A stretch of DNA of 64,000 nucleotides, taken from NCBI GenBank assembly GCA_964016885.1, contig OZ024747.1, positions 70,990,001-71,054,000 of the forward strand, in the 5' to 3' direction. Source of the DNA: Eledone cirrhosa (Eukaryota). A model generated the notes under the pieces. That model made no database searches and had not been told where the DNA came from. It saw only the letters and a program-made list of their open reading frames with translations. The position numbers and the translations under genes were made by a program. Positions 46,190-59,224 of this stretch are shown here, piece after piece. The first letter of the stretch is position 1; the number at the start of each line of letters is the position of its first letter.

Positions 46190-46912
46190 AAAGGCGTCGA
46201 CTTGAAGACCCTATACGAATGCCCTTGTATTTATGCTCGGATAAACGATGCTAACTCAAAATCATTCAATGTGAGTGTTGGACTCCGCCAAGTCATTGTC
46301 ACCTCTCTTGTTTACAATCTACATGAACAGGAATAACATGTACAGCCGTGCTGGAACTGGTATCAAACCTGATGGGAGTAATATCAGTCAGCTGGAATCT
46401 GCAGACGCCATACTACTACTAAATACATCGGAATGTAATCTCCGATATGCTTTGGATAGGTTTGCTGCCGAATGTTGCACAGCTGGAATGAAAATCAGTG
46501 CTGCCAAGAGTTTGACAGTCGTCTTCGCAAGAAAGTCTGTTCAGTGCACTCTGCTTGTTTGTGGTGCTACACTGAAGCAGGTGAAGAAATTCAAGTACCT
46601 CAAGGCCGTTTTCACGGGTGATAGAAGACAGGCGACTGAATTAAATGCAAGAATTGCTAGAGCGAGTACAGTAGTGTGCACTTGGGCAGAACAAGGGGAT
46701 AAGTGTAAAGGCCAAACCCAGTATCTTCAATTCTATGTTAGTGCCTACCTTCATCTATATCTTGTTTAATGAACTAAAAGCATACGATCGCAGATAAAAG
46801 CAGCCGAATTGGTATTCCCCCGAAGGCTCTTTGGAGCAACGTTACTCCATAGGTTGCGTATATCGGAGACCGGTGTATCATTCCAGGTAGAGCCACTACC
46901 TCTCCGAATAGA
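46190..46912 (+). mobile_element. RTE-clade reverse transcriptase fragment, decayed
   Basis: FNVSVGLRQ..LSPLLFTIYM, ADAILL (degenerate FADD), GMKISAAKS, QVKKFKYL, ARIARAS. Confidence 0.8.
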
Positions 46913-47770
46913 ACACAGAACAAAACATCTTGCGGCATTTTGCTACATCTCTTTACGTTATAAACTTTTCCTATTTAGTTTTCCTTTACCTGCATTCTTA
47001 ATTCAAATCACATTTATTTCCTTCGTTATACTTGGAGCTGTTAAGATAAGTACCAGCTATGCACTGGATTAGATCAGTGGAGACTAAGTATCATATTGTT
47101 GATCCGGTGTCCATGGAAGATGTCATATATATGGGCACCGCCAAACATGGTATGTCTTAATGACTGATTAAAGTAGACTTTAAATATGTGAACGTGGTAC
47201 TGTAATACGTGGTACTGCCAAGAAACAAAATCACTGTCATTTTATCCGTTGATCCCACCATTCGTAATCGAAGTAAGGAATACTAAACTATAATAATTAT
47301 TTACAATTAGATGTGGATAAGACCAATGGAGGATAAGTATCTTGATAACAAACGCAAACATACTGCACACAGAGCCGGAAGCTGAAATTGTATCTTTGAC
47401 CAATCGCTAATCTAACACTTCTATAAATTTTCTGCTACAGCTGCTAATCTCATTGTTTCAAATGAAAACACTATAAAGAACCAACATTTCTGTACAACAA
47501 AGGATGACATGAATAAAATACCTATTTATTACGATATTTCATTGCAAATAAAACAAGTTCAATGATTGTTTGCTAGTTAAAGTGATAATATATGTAAGTG
47601 AGCAGATGTCTCAAATGACGTAAGTGTTTTTAACCGAACGGCATTCAATTCTGCTTGATGTATGCCGTTATTTGTAATAGGATTTCCTTTCCTCTTTCTA
47701 CTATCATACAGTCGTTATTTCCTTTTCCTTCTATTTCTCTTTTCTCTTCTACCTCTGTCGCTTAATCTCC

Positions 47771-47862
<92 letters not shown>

Positions 47863-48833
47863 TTATTTCTTTCCCTCTCCATTTTATAGACATTTTATAG
47901 AGTGAGGTGTATTATTTTTTTTTTCCTCAAGAGGTGCGTAAGCACATTGTAATATTATTAGAACAATTCATCACTGAGCTGGTTAAATAATTCTACAGTA
48001 AATTTGACTTACGCAACAGTGATCTATCACAGAATATATTTCCAATTTAGTATAAGGAAATAAACATTTCTGAAGTCTAGTGAAAGCGGATCCTACAAAA
48101 CCTGAAAATGGTAAGGGTTGTTACAACCTTGCCACTCGGCCAGAATTAATTGCTTCCTCATACACGGCAAAATTATCAGCAAAAATATTGCCGTATCCTG
48201 TTTTGCTGAAACCATTCCATTGCTAGCTTTTACTTTTGATTACTTCAAGCAGCTTACAATGTAAACTAAACTGAGAACACGCTTTCAATTGACAGATACG
48301 ATTCCTCGTATGCTAAGACACTTTTTGTGTTCAACACTCTTAAATGTTGCGCATATTTAACTTTCTCAGGTAGTCTTTTGTGTAAAAGATTTAGTCTCTG
48401 AATTACTATTTCGATTGATTAGAGTATCTGAAAACGTGGAAGGGTCTATATTCAATGAAGTATAGTTAATCATATTAGAAATGAAGATATTTACACATTG
48501 TGCCACACACCAACACGCACAGAAGGGCACATACATATTAATATAGACAGAGGCGTATAAACCTATGAAATACAATTTTAGTTCTTCTAATCCAGATATC
48601 TAATCACCGACAGTGTACAACGACTCATCAGTTAGACAGTACTACGTCTTCACATTTGAGTAAATTAAATTAAAGGTAAGACTGGATTTCAAATATACTA
48701 CATAAAGCATGTATGAAATGAATACAACTCTTTTCGTAGCTTATCAAGCGTTAAATTAAAATATATCAACATTGTACTGTATCATTCTCTCGCTTTGAAT
48801 TACCTCCTTGATATTTCGTGTGTATATATGAAG

Positions 48834-48925
48834 ACATATCTGAAGACCCTTCTAATGCAGAGTCGGGTTCGATCTATAACAAATCTTGCCTCGAGCTGAT
48901 CGACGGAGAAACATATGTAATATGT
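48834..48925 (+). ncRNA. Type I hammerhead with 61-nt extended stem II
   Basis: ACATAT-CTGAAGA-[61 nt]-GAAAC-atat-GTA-ATATGT: perfect 6-bp stem I, canonical core, palindromic stem III. Confidence 0.75.
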
Positions 48926-49024
48926 TATTAAAATGTGGTCTGATGCAATACTGATACTCTGCTCTGCGTGAGCATCGAGTGCTCAACCGGCATACCGCCT
49001 ACGAACGCATTTACCTGCAACTCT

Positions 49025-49087
<63 letters not shown>

Positions 49088-49139
49088 AACAGGCTGAATG
49101 AGTTGGGGTCCAGAAGCCAACGAAACATAAGTACCTGTT
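49088..49139 (+). ncRNA. Type I hammerhead with a 1-nt core insertion (CUGAAUGA)
   Basis: AACAGG-CTGAATGA-GTTGG-ggtccagaag-CCAAC-GAAAC-ataa-GTA-CCTGTT. Confidence 0.75.
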
Positions 49140-49234
49140 TATGTCACTGTTGTAATTATTTATACTAAACTCATCCGTCCTATGGACTGTGTACTCTTAC
49201 CCTTTGATATTTCTACCAAACTTTTACTACAGTG

Positions 49235-49310
<76 letters not shown>

Positions 49311-49519
49311 TAAAAAGGAAAAGAAAATGCTGACAAATTTTTCCCAGTGAAAAATAGTTTAATTAGGAATGAGTATAAATTAGTAACAAGTATTGGTTAG
49401 TATTCAGTTTTAGTTTTAAGTTTTATATATATATATATGTGTGTGCTTTTTCTCCCAAAAATATTTTTCCATTTCTCCCACTTCTCATTCACCTCGACCT
49501 TTCTATTTCATCTTTTATT

Positions 49520-49652
49520 TCTTATTCTATTTCCTGATAGAGGACTAGTATCTTAAACGTTTAGTGTCTTTTCCTACTATATCAAACGTTAAACTAATAT
49601 ATATCTTTATCGTAGTGTTTCAGTTGGTGTATTGTTTTCCGTTTAGTTTTCG
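49520..49652 (+). mobile_element. Degenerate copy of the 40779/63608 pLTR family
   Basis: TTCCTGATAGAGGACTAGTATCTTAAACGTT...AAACGTTAAACTAATATAT. Confidence 0.55.
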
Positions 49653-50870
49653 CATATATATATATATATATGTGTGTATGTGTGTGTGTGTGTGTAGATA
49701 CCGATTGAAATCGGGTGTAACCACATTCCATACGAATAAAACAGTTACAAAATTCGCCTTTTACCTAGTGGAAATAAACTATTTTACGAAACACGAAAAT
49801 TAAAATCAGATCTTAAATATTATAATATTTTACTCATTCTTTCTTACTGGATGGCCATTAAATTTATCCATAATCTCACACACATATTACCTAATTATTT
49901 TTAATGGATGTCATTTATATATATCCAATGTTTCAGTTGGCAGTATATAAGAAGAAATTAAATACTATACAGGTGGTTTTATAATAGATTATTTGACTGT
50001 ATAATTTCTCAATGAAGCTAGAGACGCACAGGAAATCACTTCATCTAAGACTCGAAACTGGAATATAGTTAAATGTCACTGAGAAAATTACCCGTTGCTC
50101 TCAAAATTGCTAACCACAGAATATCTACAATCGCGAAATAGATATATCTTTCTAAATCTACAACTTTTTTTAAATTATATATGTAAGATTAGCGAAATAT
50201 TGCAATAGTATATCTTTATTTATTCTCTTTTCAACAGCAGAAGTGAAATATGTGACGTATAACCGTTACTGGAATGCGATTGAAACCGGATCACTGCTAC
50301 AGCTCATTGTAGGCTTTCTACTCTACACTATGGGCATGTATGAAATTATATTATAGCAACATTCCTCATTAATCTACTTTAATTGTACAGTTCTTTACTT
50401 TTGTTAACGAGAAACTTTCTGCAAACCTTTCCATTAAGAACGGGAAATGGAACGCACGAGGTAAAATGAGCTGTGTCAATTAATTAAACATCCCTTACAG
50501 AGCCAATTAACGAAATAAATGAAAATTATACAGACTGAAGCCAGGATGACGCCGAAAATGGACGAAGGGATAGTAATTTTAGTTTTATTTTTTAAGATGC
50601 CTTAATTATCTTACTGAAATGATTACTAATAAATAATTATAGCATCAGTAATTTCCTTCAAAAAGTTAAATATTGTCAAAGTCAACAGAAAATCTCATAA
50701 AACCCCGAACTGTAATAATTCAATAAGTTCATATTTTGCATGTTCAGTATGCCTACATACAAAACAAATTAATATTAACAAATTTTAACCTGATATTTAA
50801 GGTAGAATACTGTTAATATACAAGATGTGTTATTCAAGAAAATAAACACTATATTCGTCGTATTAACCCT

Positions 50871-53800
50871 GACAGGTACCGATTGGATTTCCCGAATGTG
50901 CCAATGTGGACTTGGACAAATCGCATAGGGTCATCCAGATCATATCTAGATAGAGTATTTTGTAGGGAAATAGATAGGTCTAGCATAGGCTGTCCACAAT
51001 TCAAGATACTCAGCTACACGGACCACAAATTCGTGATCTGTATGCTTGACTTAGATAGGCTTCATAGACGAGGACCCGGCTACTGGAAGCTAAACGCGTC
51101 CTTACCAGCACGCAAGGCCTACAGAGACCGGATTACCGAACTAGTTAAGCGGGCGTTGACGGGGGCCATCGTCAACAACAAGTGGTGGTTTGCTCTGAAA
51201 AGAGCGATTAGAATAGAGTCCATTAGGTTTAGTAAGGCTTTAGCAATAGAGAAAAATAGAGCAGAGGGAGAACTAGTTAGAAAATTAGACGAGGCGCTTA
51301 GCAAAGGCATCGCGACCGACGTACTTGCGGCGAAATTGGCCCTTGACCAATTCTTCAATGCAAAGCACGAAGGTTGCGTTGTCAGAGCTAGGGTGCGTGC
51401 TCTCAGACACAAGGGACGAAAGCCGTTCAATGGGCCCGAGTGGCGGAGGCGCGTCGTGGCAACAAAGCCACGATCCGGTCTTTGGTGGACCACGACGGGC
51501 GCATGCTACTCGATCCCGGGCAAATGTGTGAAGCTTTTCAGCGACACTACGCACAGCTGTTCGGAGGCAGCGGGGGGCCGGGTAGAGGGATGGACTTTAG
51601 TATCTACCTCGACGGACTGCCGCGGCTCTTGGCCACTGAGGAGGATTGTTGCGAAAAGCCGATAACAGCCGCTGAAGTACGGGAGGCAATGACTGGCTGC
51701 ACAATGGGTAAATCGCCTGGTTTGGATGGTCTGCCCTATTAACTTTACGTACAGGTGCCAGACTTGTTCGGAGGCCTCTTGGCGGGCGTCTACTGCAACT
51801 GGCAACAGAACGGGAGAATTCCCAGCTCTGTGAGCCGAGGAGCTGTGGAGCTGCTGACAAAGGATCCGAACAAGGGGGATAACATAGATAATTTTAGGCC
51901 CATAACTCTGCTTAACACAGAGTTTAAGATTTTGGCCAAGGTGCTAGCAAAGAGGTTGGCGCTTGTCGTTGGTGATCTGGTGGGAGAGGCGCAGACATGC
52001 GCCATTCCCGACAGATCCATCCACGACAACCTCCACCTCATGCGATACATCGTAGAGAGGGTAGCTAGGGAACCTGGCACGAGTGGGTCCTTGATCAATT
52101 TATATCAGTCGAGAGCTTTCGATAGGGTGGACCATCGTTACTTAGCGGCAGTCCTGAGGGCAGTTGGCTTTGGGTCCGTCTTCAGAGTCTGGATCGCTGC
52201 CATGCACAGCGACATCTGCTCTGTGGTGAGAGTGAACGGTCACCTTTCGGAACCGTTCAACATCATGCGCTCGGTCTGCCAAGGATGTCCCCTCTCATCA
52301 CTCTTGTACGTATTGACTCTCGAGCCATTACTGCACAAACTGGAGACGTTGAGAGGGGTCCCGCGCGAACTAGGATGCGGAGGATCCGTGTCAGCATATG
52401 CGGACGATGTCACGTAGTGGTGTCGAACGCCAAATACATCGAGGCGATCGGCACTTCACTAAGAGAATACGAAGCGGTGACAGGAGCAATGATCAACCAG
52501 GAAAAGTCAGTGGGCCTGCAGCTCGGCACCTGGAGAGGCAGTTCCATGCCGTCCAACAGCGTCGTCCGGCGCTGGACGGACGAACCGGTTAAATTGCTAG
52601 GGGTCTGGTTCGGTCCGGACCTCCAGACGGACAAATACTGGAACGGGGTGACGAGCAGAGTGGCTTCTCTCACCCAGAAATGCGTGGAGAGGAAGCTATC
52701 CCTGAAAGGTCGAGCGGAGGTGGCTAACGCGTACATCGCGTCCGTCATCTACTACCACCTGACCGTCGTACCTTTTCCTAAGCCCCGTCTGACTGCGCTG
52801 GAGCGTTTGCTCTTTCGCTTTTTGTGGAAGAGACGCGCTCCGATGGTCAGGCGGTCCATCTGCTGTCAACACCCGCTACGTGGAGGGCTGGGCATGCCGT
52901 GGCTGATGATGCGCAGACATCTCCACCTCTTCCTCGACGGCTCTCAGGTGTGGTCGCCGTTTGCTAGACGCGTCTTTCCCCAGCTCGTCTCCTTGACGGA
53001 GCTGCAGTCCTGGGAAAAGCGAAGACCGAGAGGGAGCGCTTGGAGACTGGAATGTCTTCAGGCGCTCACAGCCCTCGACCAATCGGGCAATGTGATCGGT
53101 GGAAACTCCACCTTGGCGTTCTATAGAGGATTGGTGGAGGGGAAGAGCGACGACGTACTTGGGAAACTCTCGGCGTCGACGAAAATCTAGCCAATCTCTT
53201 CGGAAGAACTATCGGGCCGGGGCCTATGGACAAATTCCAGAAATCCCTGGCCTGGCAGTGCTACCGAGGTGCTTTGCCAGTTCGGGATAAACTCTACAGG
53301 CATGGAGGTGGCGTCAGCCGCGCATGTCCGAGATACGCGCAGGACGACGAAACCGTCCGGCTCGCACTCCTCCAGTGTCCGAGCATTGCTGACTTGTGGG
53401 TTTATGTCGAACACCTGCTGTCACGTGTAGGACGGATCCAGCTATCAGCTGAGTCCATCGTGAGGATTGCCCCGCCCTCTTCCTTTAGCCGGGAAGGAAG
53501 GCAGTTTTTATCTGTCTGGTGGCCATGGCGAAAGAGATAGTATGGTGGACACGTTTGAAAGGGCTGAAGACGAGCACTTACCTCTTCGGTGATGCCCTGA
53601 TTAACTTTTTCAAATTTCATTTGAAAAGGAAAATCAGGGTAGAGAGGGAAGTGCTCTCTTCCCAGCATTTTGTTGAAAGATGGGTGAGAGTGAATGGGCC
53701 TACTCTGAGTATGTGTCTGTAAATTAAAGGCGGAAAACTGGGAGAGGGCACTTGCCCTGGTGGTCAGGGTCACTGTGGCTTTTTAATGGGCTTTCTCCAC

Positions 53801-53971
53801 GAATGTCCCTCAGAAGTCTCCACCCTATTGGGGAATTTTTTCATTGTTCTATTATTACATCCTCTGTTTTTTGTTTTTTTACACGCAGAAATGCCCTTTT
53901 GTACCGTCCAGTATTGTCCTGTACTGTCCTTAATGTCTACTTTGTGTAAACCCTTGTGGTTAATAAAGAAA

Positions 53972-53972
<1 letters not shown>
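50871..53972 (+). mobile_element. 5'-truncated L1/Tx1-clade LINE ORF2 (APE C-terminus, RT, zinc-finger remnant), disrupted
   Basis: WTWTN..SYLDRVF..SYTDH, GPGYWKLN, KSPGLDGLP, NFRPITLLNTEFKILAK, AFDRVDH, QGCPLS, YADDV, CPRY..ETVRLALLQC. Several frameshifts and a stop at 51740; AATAAA near the 3' end; locally GC-rich. Confidence 0.92.
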
Positions 53973-54004
<32 letters not shown>

Positions 54005-54006
<2 letters not shown>

Positions 54007-56187
54007 TTTGAGTCTCAGTCATTGATGTTAGTTAACTGGAAAGTTTGTTGAAATGAATATCAAGACACTACCTGCAGCCTCAGATATTCAGGACGTATCG
54101 GAGAGTTCTTGCTGTTCCCAGCAAGTATGCCTTTTGAAGTGTTCCAGAAAGCGAGGCGGTGCCAATTTTCTTTAACCATCTCTGGAAACTTTTTGAGATA
54201 GTACCTAGTGCGCCTATGACAATCGGGAACACTTTGACTTCATGGCAGTTCCAAATCCTTTTTACCTCCCACTTTAAGTCCTGGTATCGGTTAATTTTCT
54301 CCCTCTCCTTCTCTTGCACTCGCGTGTCGAATGGGCAGGCCACATCCACAATCAGGCACGATCTTTTTTCCTTGTCCAAAACCACCAGGTCAGGTCTATT
54401 GTGTTCCAGTATTCTTGTCCGTCTGTATCGTAAAATCCCACAGCACCTTCACCTGATCGTTTTCTATCACCGACTCTGGCTTATGCTCATACCACTTCTC
54501 AGAATGTGGTAAATTGTTTACTTTGCATAGGTGCCAGTGGATCACCCTGCCCATCACATCATATCTCCAGCCCTTATAGTGAGTCTGTGCTAGGTGTTTA
54601 TACTCGGATACAATGTGAGCCACAGTCTCCTCTCTCCACAGATCCTGCACAGTGGGCTAGCCTCCTCCTTGTAAATATGGTGTTTCAGCCACTTCGTTTT
54701 GAGGGCCTGCTCTTGCGCAGCCATTAGCATTCCTACTGTAGCCTTTTTATGGTCTCCTCTTCTCAACCAGTTCCATGTCTGTGGATCTCTGAATTCCGTT
54801 TTCTCAAAGAAGGTACTATGAAGGGATTTTTCATGAAGGTTGCTCTTTCTCTTAGTTGTTATTTCCTCCTTGGACATCCTCTGGTCTATTTTCCTCTCCT
54901 TCTGTACAATTCTGAGCATTGGCTCCTTACTATTGGTCACATATTTGTGTAGGTTGTTTTTCTCCATCTGAACACAGTCCTCTATGTTGATAAGACCTCT
55001 TCCACCTTCAGATGTCCTTAAGTAGAGTCTATCGACATCACTCCTCTTGTGGAACATGTTGTAGATAGTCAATAGCTTCCTAGACTTCCTATCTATTTCT
55101 TTTTGTTCAGCAACATTCCATCTCAGAATTCCCGCACTGTACCTAATAATAGACACAGCTCGGGAATTTACTGCACTTATGGCATTCCTGCTGTTCAGAT
55201 GTGACTTTAATACGCTCCTTACTCTCCGAATGTATTCAGATCTTATCAATTCCTTCATTTTTTTGTTCTTGATGTCATCAGCCTCCAGAATACCCAAATA
55301 CTTGTATCCTTCTTCAGTGTCAATTTCCTTTATCATCTCACCTGTTGGTACCTGGATTCCGTTGCTTCTGCTCAATTTACCCCTCTTCATCACAAGGACT
55401 CCACACTTACTAATACCAAATTGCATACATATATCATTGCTGAGAATACAGACAATGTCACATCCAACTCCTTCTCACTCTTCCCGAAGAGCTTAAGATC
55501 GTCCATGAAGAGGAGGTGATTCATGGTAAGCTCTCCCTTTCCCAACTTGTATCCTGCTCTCACATTTCGCAGTATAATGGTCAGGGGCATCAGGGCAAGG
55601 ACAAACAACAGAGGAGGACAGACTATCGCCCAGGAAGATACCTCTCTTGATCTTCACGCCTGCCAAGGATTCTCCAGCTGATGTTAACTCTGTTTTCCAG
55701 GACTTCATACTTTTGCTCAACAACTGTCTGATGTTACCTGCCACCTTGAAGATCTCTAGACTTTTGGTGATCCAAGAATGAGGCACCATGTCAAATGCCT
55801 TTTTGTAGTCTATCCATCCCATGGCAAGACCAGTGTGTCTCCTCTTGCAATTCCTCATTACTATCTTATCAATAAGTAACTGGTCCTTTGTACCACGGGA
55901 CTTCTTTCGGCATCTTTTCTGTTCGTCCGGTAACAAGTTATTTGTGTGGAGGTGATGGTAGATTTCCTCAGACACAATGCTTGTCAACAGTTTCCACATT
56001 ACGGACAGACATGTGATAGGTCTATTGTTGGTAACATCATTACCCTTGATTCGGTCTTTCATTACCAGAACTGTGGTACCTTTTGTCAACCACTCTGGTA
56101 CCTCACCTGACATCAAGCAGTCATTGAACATGGTTGTTAATTTCGGGTGGAGGGGTGTTACATTTTTAATCCAATACCCCTGCACAC
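54005..56187 (-). mobile_element. 5'-truncated R4/Dong-clade non-LTR retrotransposon (RT plus RLE), disrupted
   Basis: GYWIK, NRPITCL, DYKKAFDMVPH, RGIFLGDSLS, HLLFMDDLKLF, GGRGL, QEQAL, CRIC..ETVAHI, IVDVACP, IVIGALG. The 3' end abuts (TAA)n. Confidence 0.92.
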
Positions 56188-56936
56188 GCAGCATTGTGAG
56201 ATATGTAGACCGATAATATTATTCTATCGGGTACAATGCGGTAGTAAAATTCGAAGGGCAAATGAAACAAATAAAATAGAACAAAACAAATTAATGTTTT
56301 ACCCAGTATATCTTAACATGATACTTCGGGACTATTACCCTCTTTTCCGAGGCGAAACTGGAACAGTCCAAGACAAACCCAACGAGCGATCAGAGTTTTC
56401 AGAGTTTTTTTCACTAACTAGTTTACGTATTTGATGAAAGACCCAGACTTGTCACACAGTTATGCTGAATTTCACTGAGAATTACGTTTAGAGAACACGT
56501 CTCTGTGAAATGCCATCCACATGCAGGTTAATTTTGTAAGCAGGCTGTTCTGTTTATCGAAAAGCAAGAACATTCATCTTCGAAATCGATGGAAGAGTTT
56601 CATGTATACTGGTATGGATTCTCGTCGCATCAGAAAATAAAAGATTGCAGAAAATAAAAGATTAACCACCTGGACAGAAAACCAGTTGTTCGGGTAATTG
56701 AAACACAGTTGATGCTGGGGTTTATTTTTCATCTGAGGGGATGAGAAATGAAGAACTTTGCCGTTGCAATCATGAGCTCAACACACTAACCAAGAATGTT
56801 TGTACATTCTCTCCACCCACTCCGCTACACACACACACACACACACACCTATGTGTGTGTGTGCGTGTGTGGGTGTGTGTGCGTGCGTGTGTGTGTGTGT
56901 ATACACTCTTATATGTATATATGTATATATACTGTG

Positions 56937-56968
<32 letters not shown>

Positions 56969-57342
56969 AATGAAGTAATTCCGTCGGAAATGTCCAGGAA
57001 AAAAGAGTGCTCTATGTAGGTTACAGAGCTTAATAGTTATGTAATAAACAACATAAGGTAATTATTTCATTTACCAGTATCGCTGTATCGCTGTCAACTT
57101 TATAATAATTTTTACATTTATTTTTATTCTTATATGACGGCCGATATGGTCGTCTATTGTTTTTTATTTTTATTATTATATGTTTTTTATAATAAATTGT
57201 GTGTGTGTGTATGTAGGTGTGTGTACATATATCTATATTTGTATGTGCGTATGTATGCGTGTATATATGTGTGTATGTATGTGTGTGTATGTACGTGTGT
57301 ATATATATGTATGATTATGTATGTGTATATATATATAGAGAT

Positions 57343-57430
<88 letters not shown>

Positions 57431-57431
<1 letters not shown>

Positions 57432-57822
57432 CATACATACTTACATTTAAGTAAGTGCCGTACTAAGAGTGAGAAATGAAATTTCGTTTCATTCTATTCC
57501 ATTCCATTTATCGTTTTCGGTGCGCCTGGCCGACTGAACTCACTCGATATGCAAATTAGGCTGCTCAGCCGTTAATTTTCATAAGGAAAGTATATACTTT
57601 CGAACGTTCAACCATCTGGCAGAAGGGTATACGGTGCTGACGATAGCTAACAAGCTTGAAACTACTACATCGTTCCTGTGTCAGTGTTGAACAAAAAGGT
57701 GACGTGGTTGCCTGAACACTGTACGGCGTAAATCAGGCTGTCCGTTTGTTTACAAACGAACAAAGCGAACATTATAATAAATGTTTGTTAAACTGATACA
57801 TACATATATATATGTGTGCCTG

Positions 57823-57912
<90 letters not shown>

Positions 57913-58024
57913 TGCTACTGTACGTCTGTATACATATATGTATGTACGTATACATACATACTTACATTTAAGTAAGTGCCGTACTAAGAGTGAGAAATGA
58001 AATTTCGTTTCATTCTATTCCATT
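57431..58024 (+). mobile_element. Partial-tandem element (~70-bp direct repeats, ~520-bp period) with minimal hammerhead at 57632-57672
   Basis: ACATACATACTTACATTTAAG...TCATTCTATTCCATT occurs twice; CGGTG-CTGACGA-TAGC-taacaa-GCTT-GAAA-ctac-TA-CATCG. Confidence 0.65.
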
Positions 58025-58048
58025 TATATATATATATATATATATATA

Positions 58049-58643
58049 TGCTGGCTGCCAACTTGTTTTCGAGTACGGCCACTACTTTATATTCATGTAG
58101 GAGAACCCCTACCGATGCGCTGAACGAGTGTGACTTTTTAGTCCAGCCAGCGACTTGAAAACTCTGGTACAAACACTACACTTGTAACAATTATTGACAC
58201 ATAGTGCTGGGCCCATGGTACCATGTGACGACAAGTGCAGAGAGATCTCCAGATATAAAGCAATGCCTGTGCCGTGAAGCTTTTATAGTGAGCAAAGGCA
58301 CTGCACAAAGCCAGTCCCACTCTCTTAACCAAGATGATATTTACCAAAAAGAAGAACAAGTCAACATCATTGGATACTATCAGGGTTGCAGGTGTTATAT
58401 CAGAGTTTTCCTTCTTCTAGAATTCTGCCTTGACAAAGGCTAGGGGTCATCTCTCCCGGTGATTTTGGATGGCCATTGACTCTTAAGAGCTCCTTTGCCC
58501 TTTGACAGGTTTTGTTTTTAGTCCTGCAGGATGTCCAAAGTCACCCTCCTCACCAAGAAACCTTGGTGGGGTTGCCAGTTTAGTCGCCAACGACCCGACC
58601 ATGAGACAGGTTGCACTGGGATACATGTTACCAGTAGCACCAA
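58049..58643 (-). mobile_element. ~600-bp non-autonomous RTE-like element, copy 2
   Basis: Near-identical to 12611-13219; intact CSVCTRVFKSLAGLKSHTRSAHR* (C-x2-C-x12-H-x4-H). Confidence 0.75.
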
Positions 58644-58899
58644 GTGTATATATATACAGTATATATATATATACGAGAGTATACACACACACACGCACAC
58701 ATATTTTATATGTATATTTATACATATATTACTATAGAATGCTCAGTATTTATACTTTGAGCTTGTTTAATTGGAGGGTATCAATATGAGTTAATAACTC
58801 TGTATTTTATTTGTATATATATATATACATGCATATATGTGTGATTTGAACAATGAAAATTAAACAAAAGGTGAGGATATATTCTTAGTCAGTTCATTG

Positions 58900-58958
58900 T
58901 TTTACGATCGTTTCAGAGGGTTGATATCCTACACCCATCTCACCGTCTTCCTCAGAAT
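58900..58958 (-). ncRNA. Hammerhead-like motif abutting (TA)n
   Basis: TT-CTGAGGA-AGA...TCT-GAAAC-gatc-GTA-AA; palindromic stem III, very short stem I. Confidence 0.55.
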
Positions 58959-59122
58959 ATATATATATATATATAAGGGGATATACTCTGTTATATTGAA
59001 CACAATACTTGTTCTTTGTTGTTTTCATTGCTATATTTCTGTCAAACAGTTAATTTGCTAATCAAAATCGCAGACATGAGCATGTATGCATTGAAACATA
59101 CATACACACACTGACATACATG

Positions 59123-59224
<102 letters not shown>

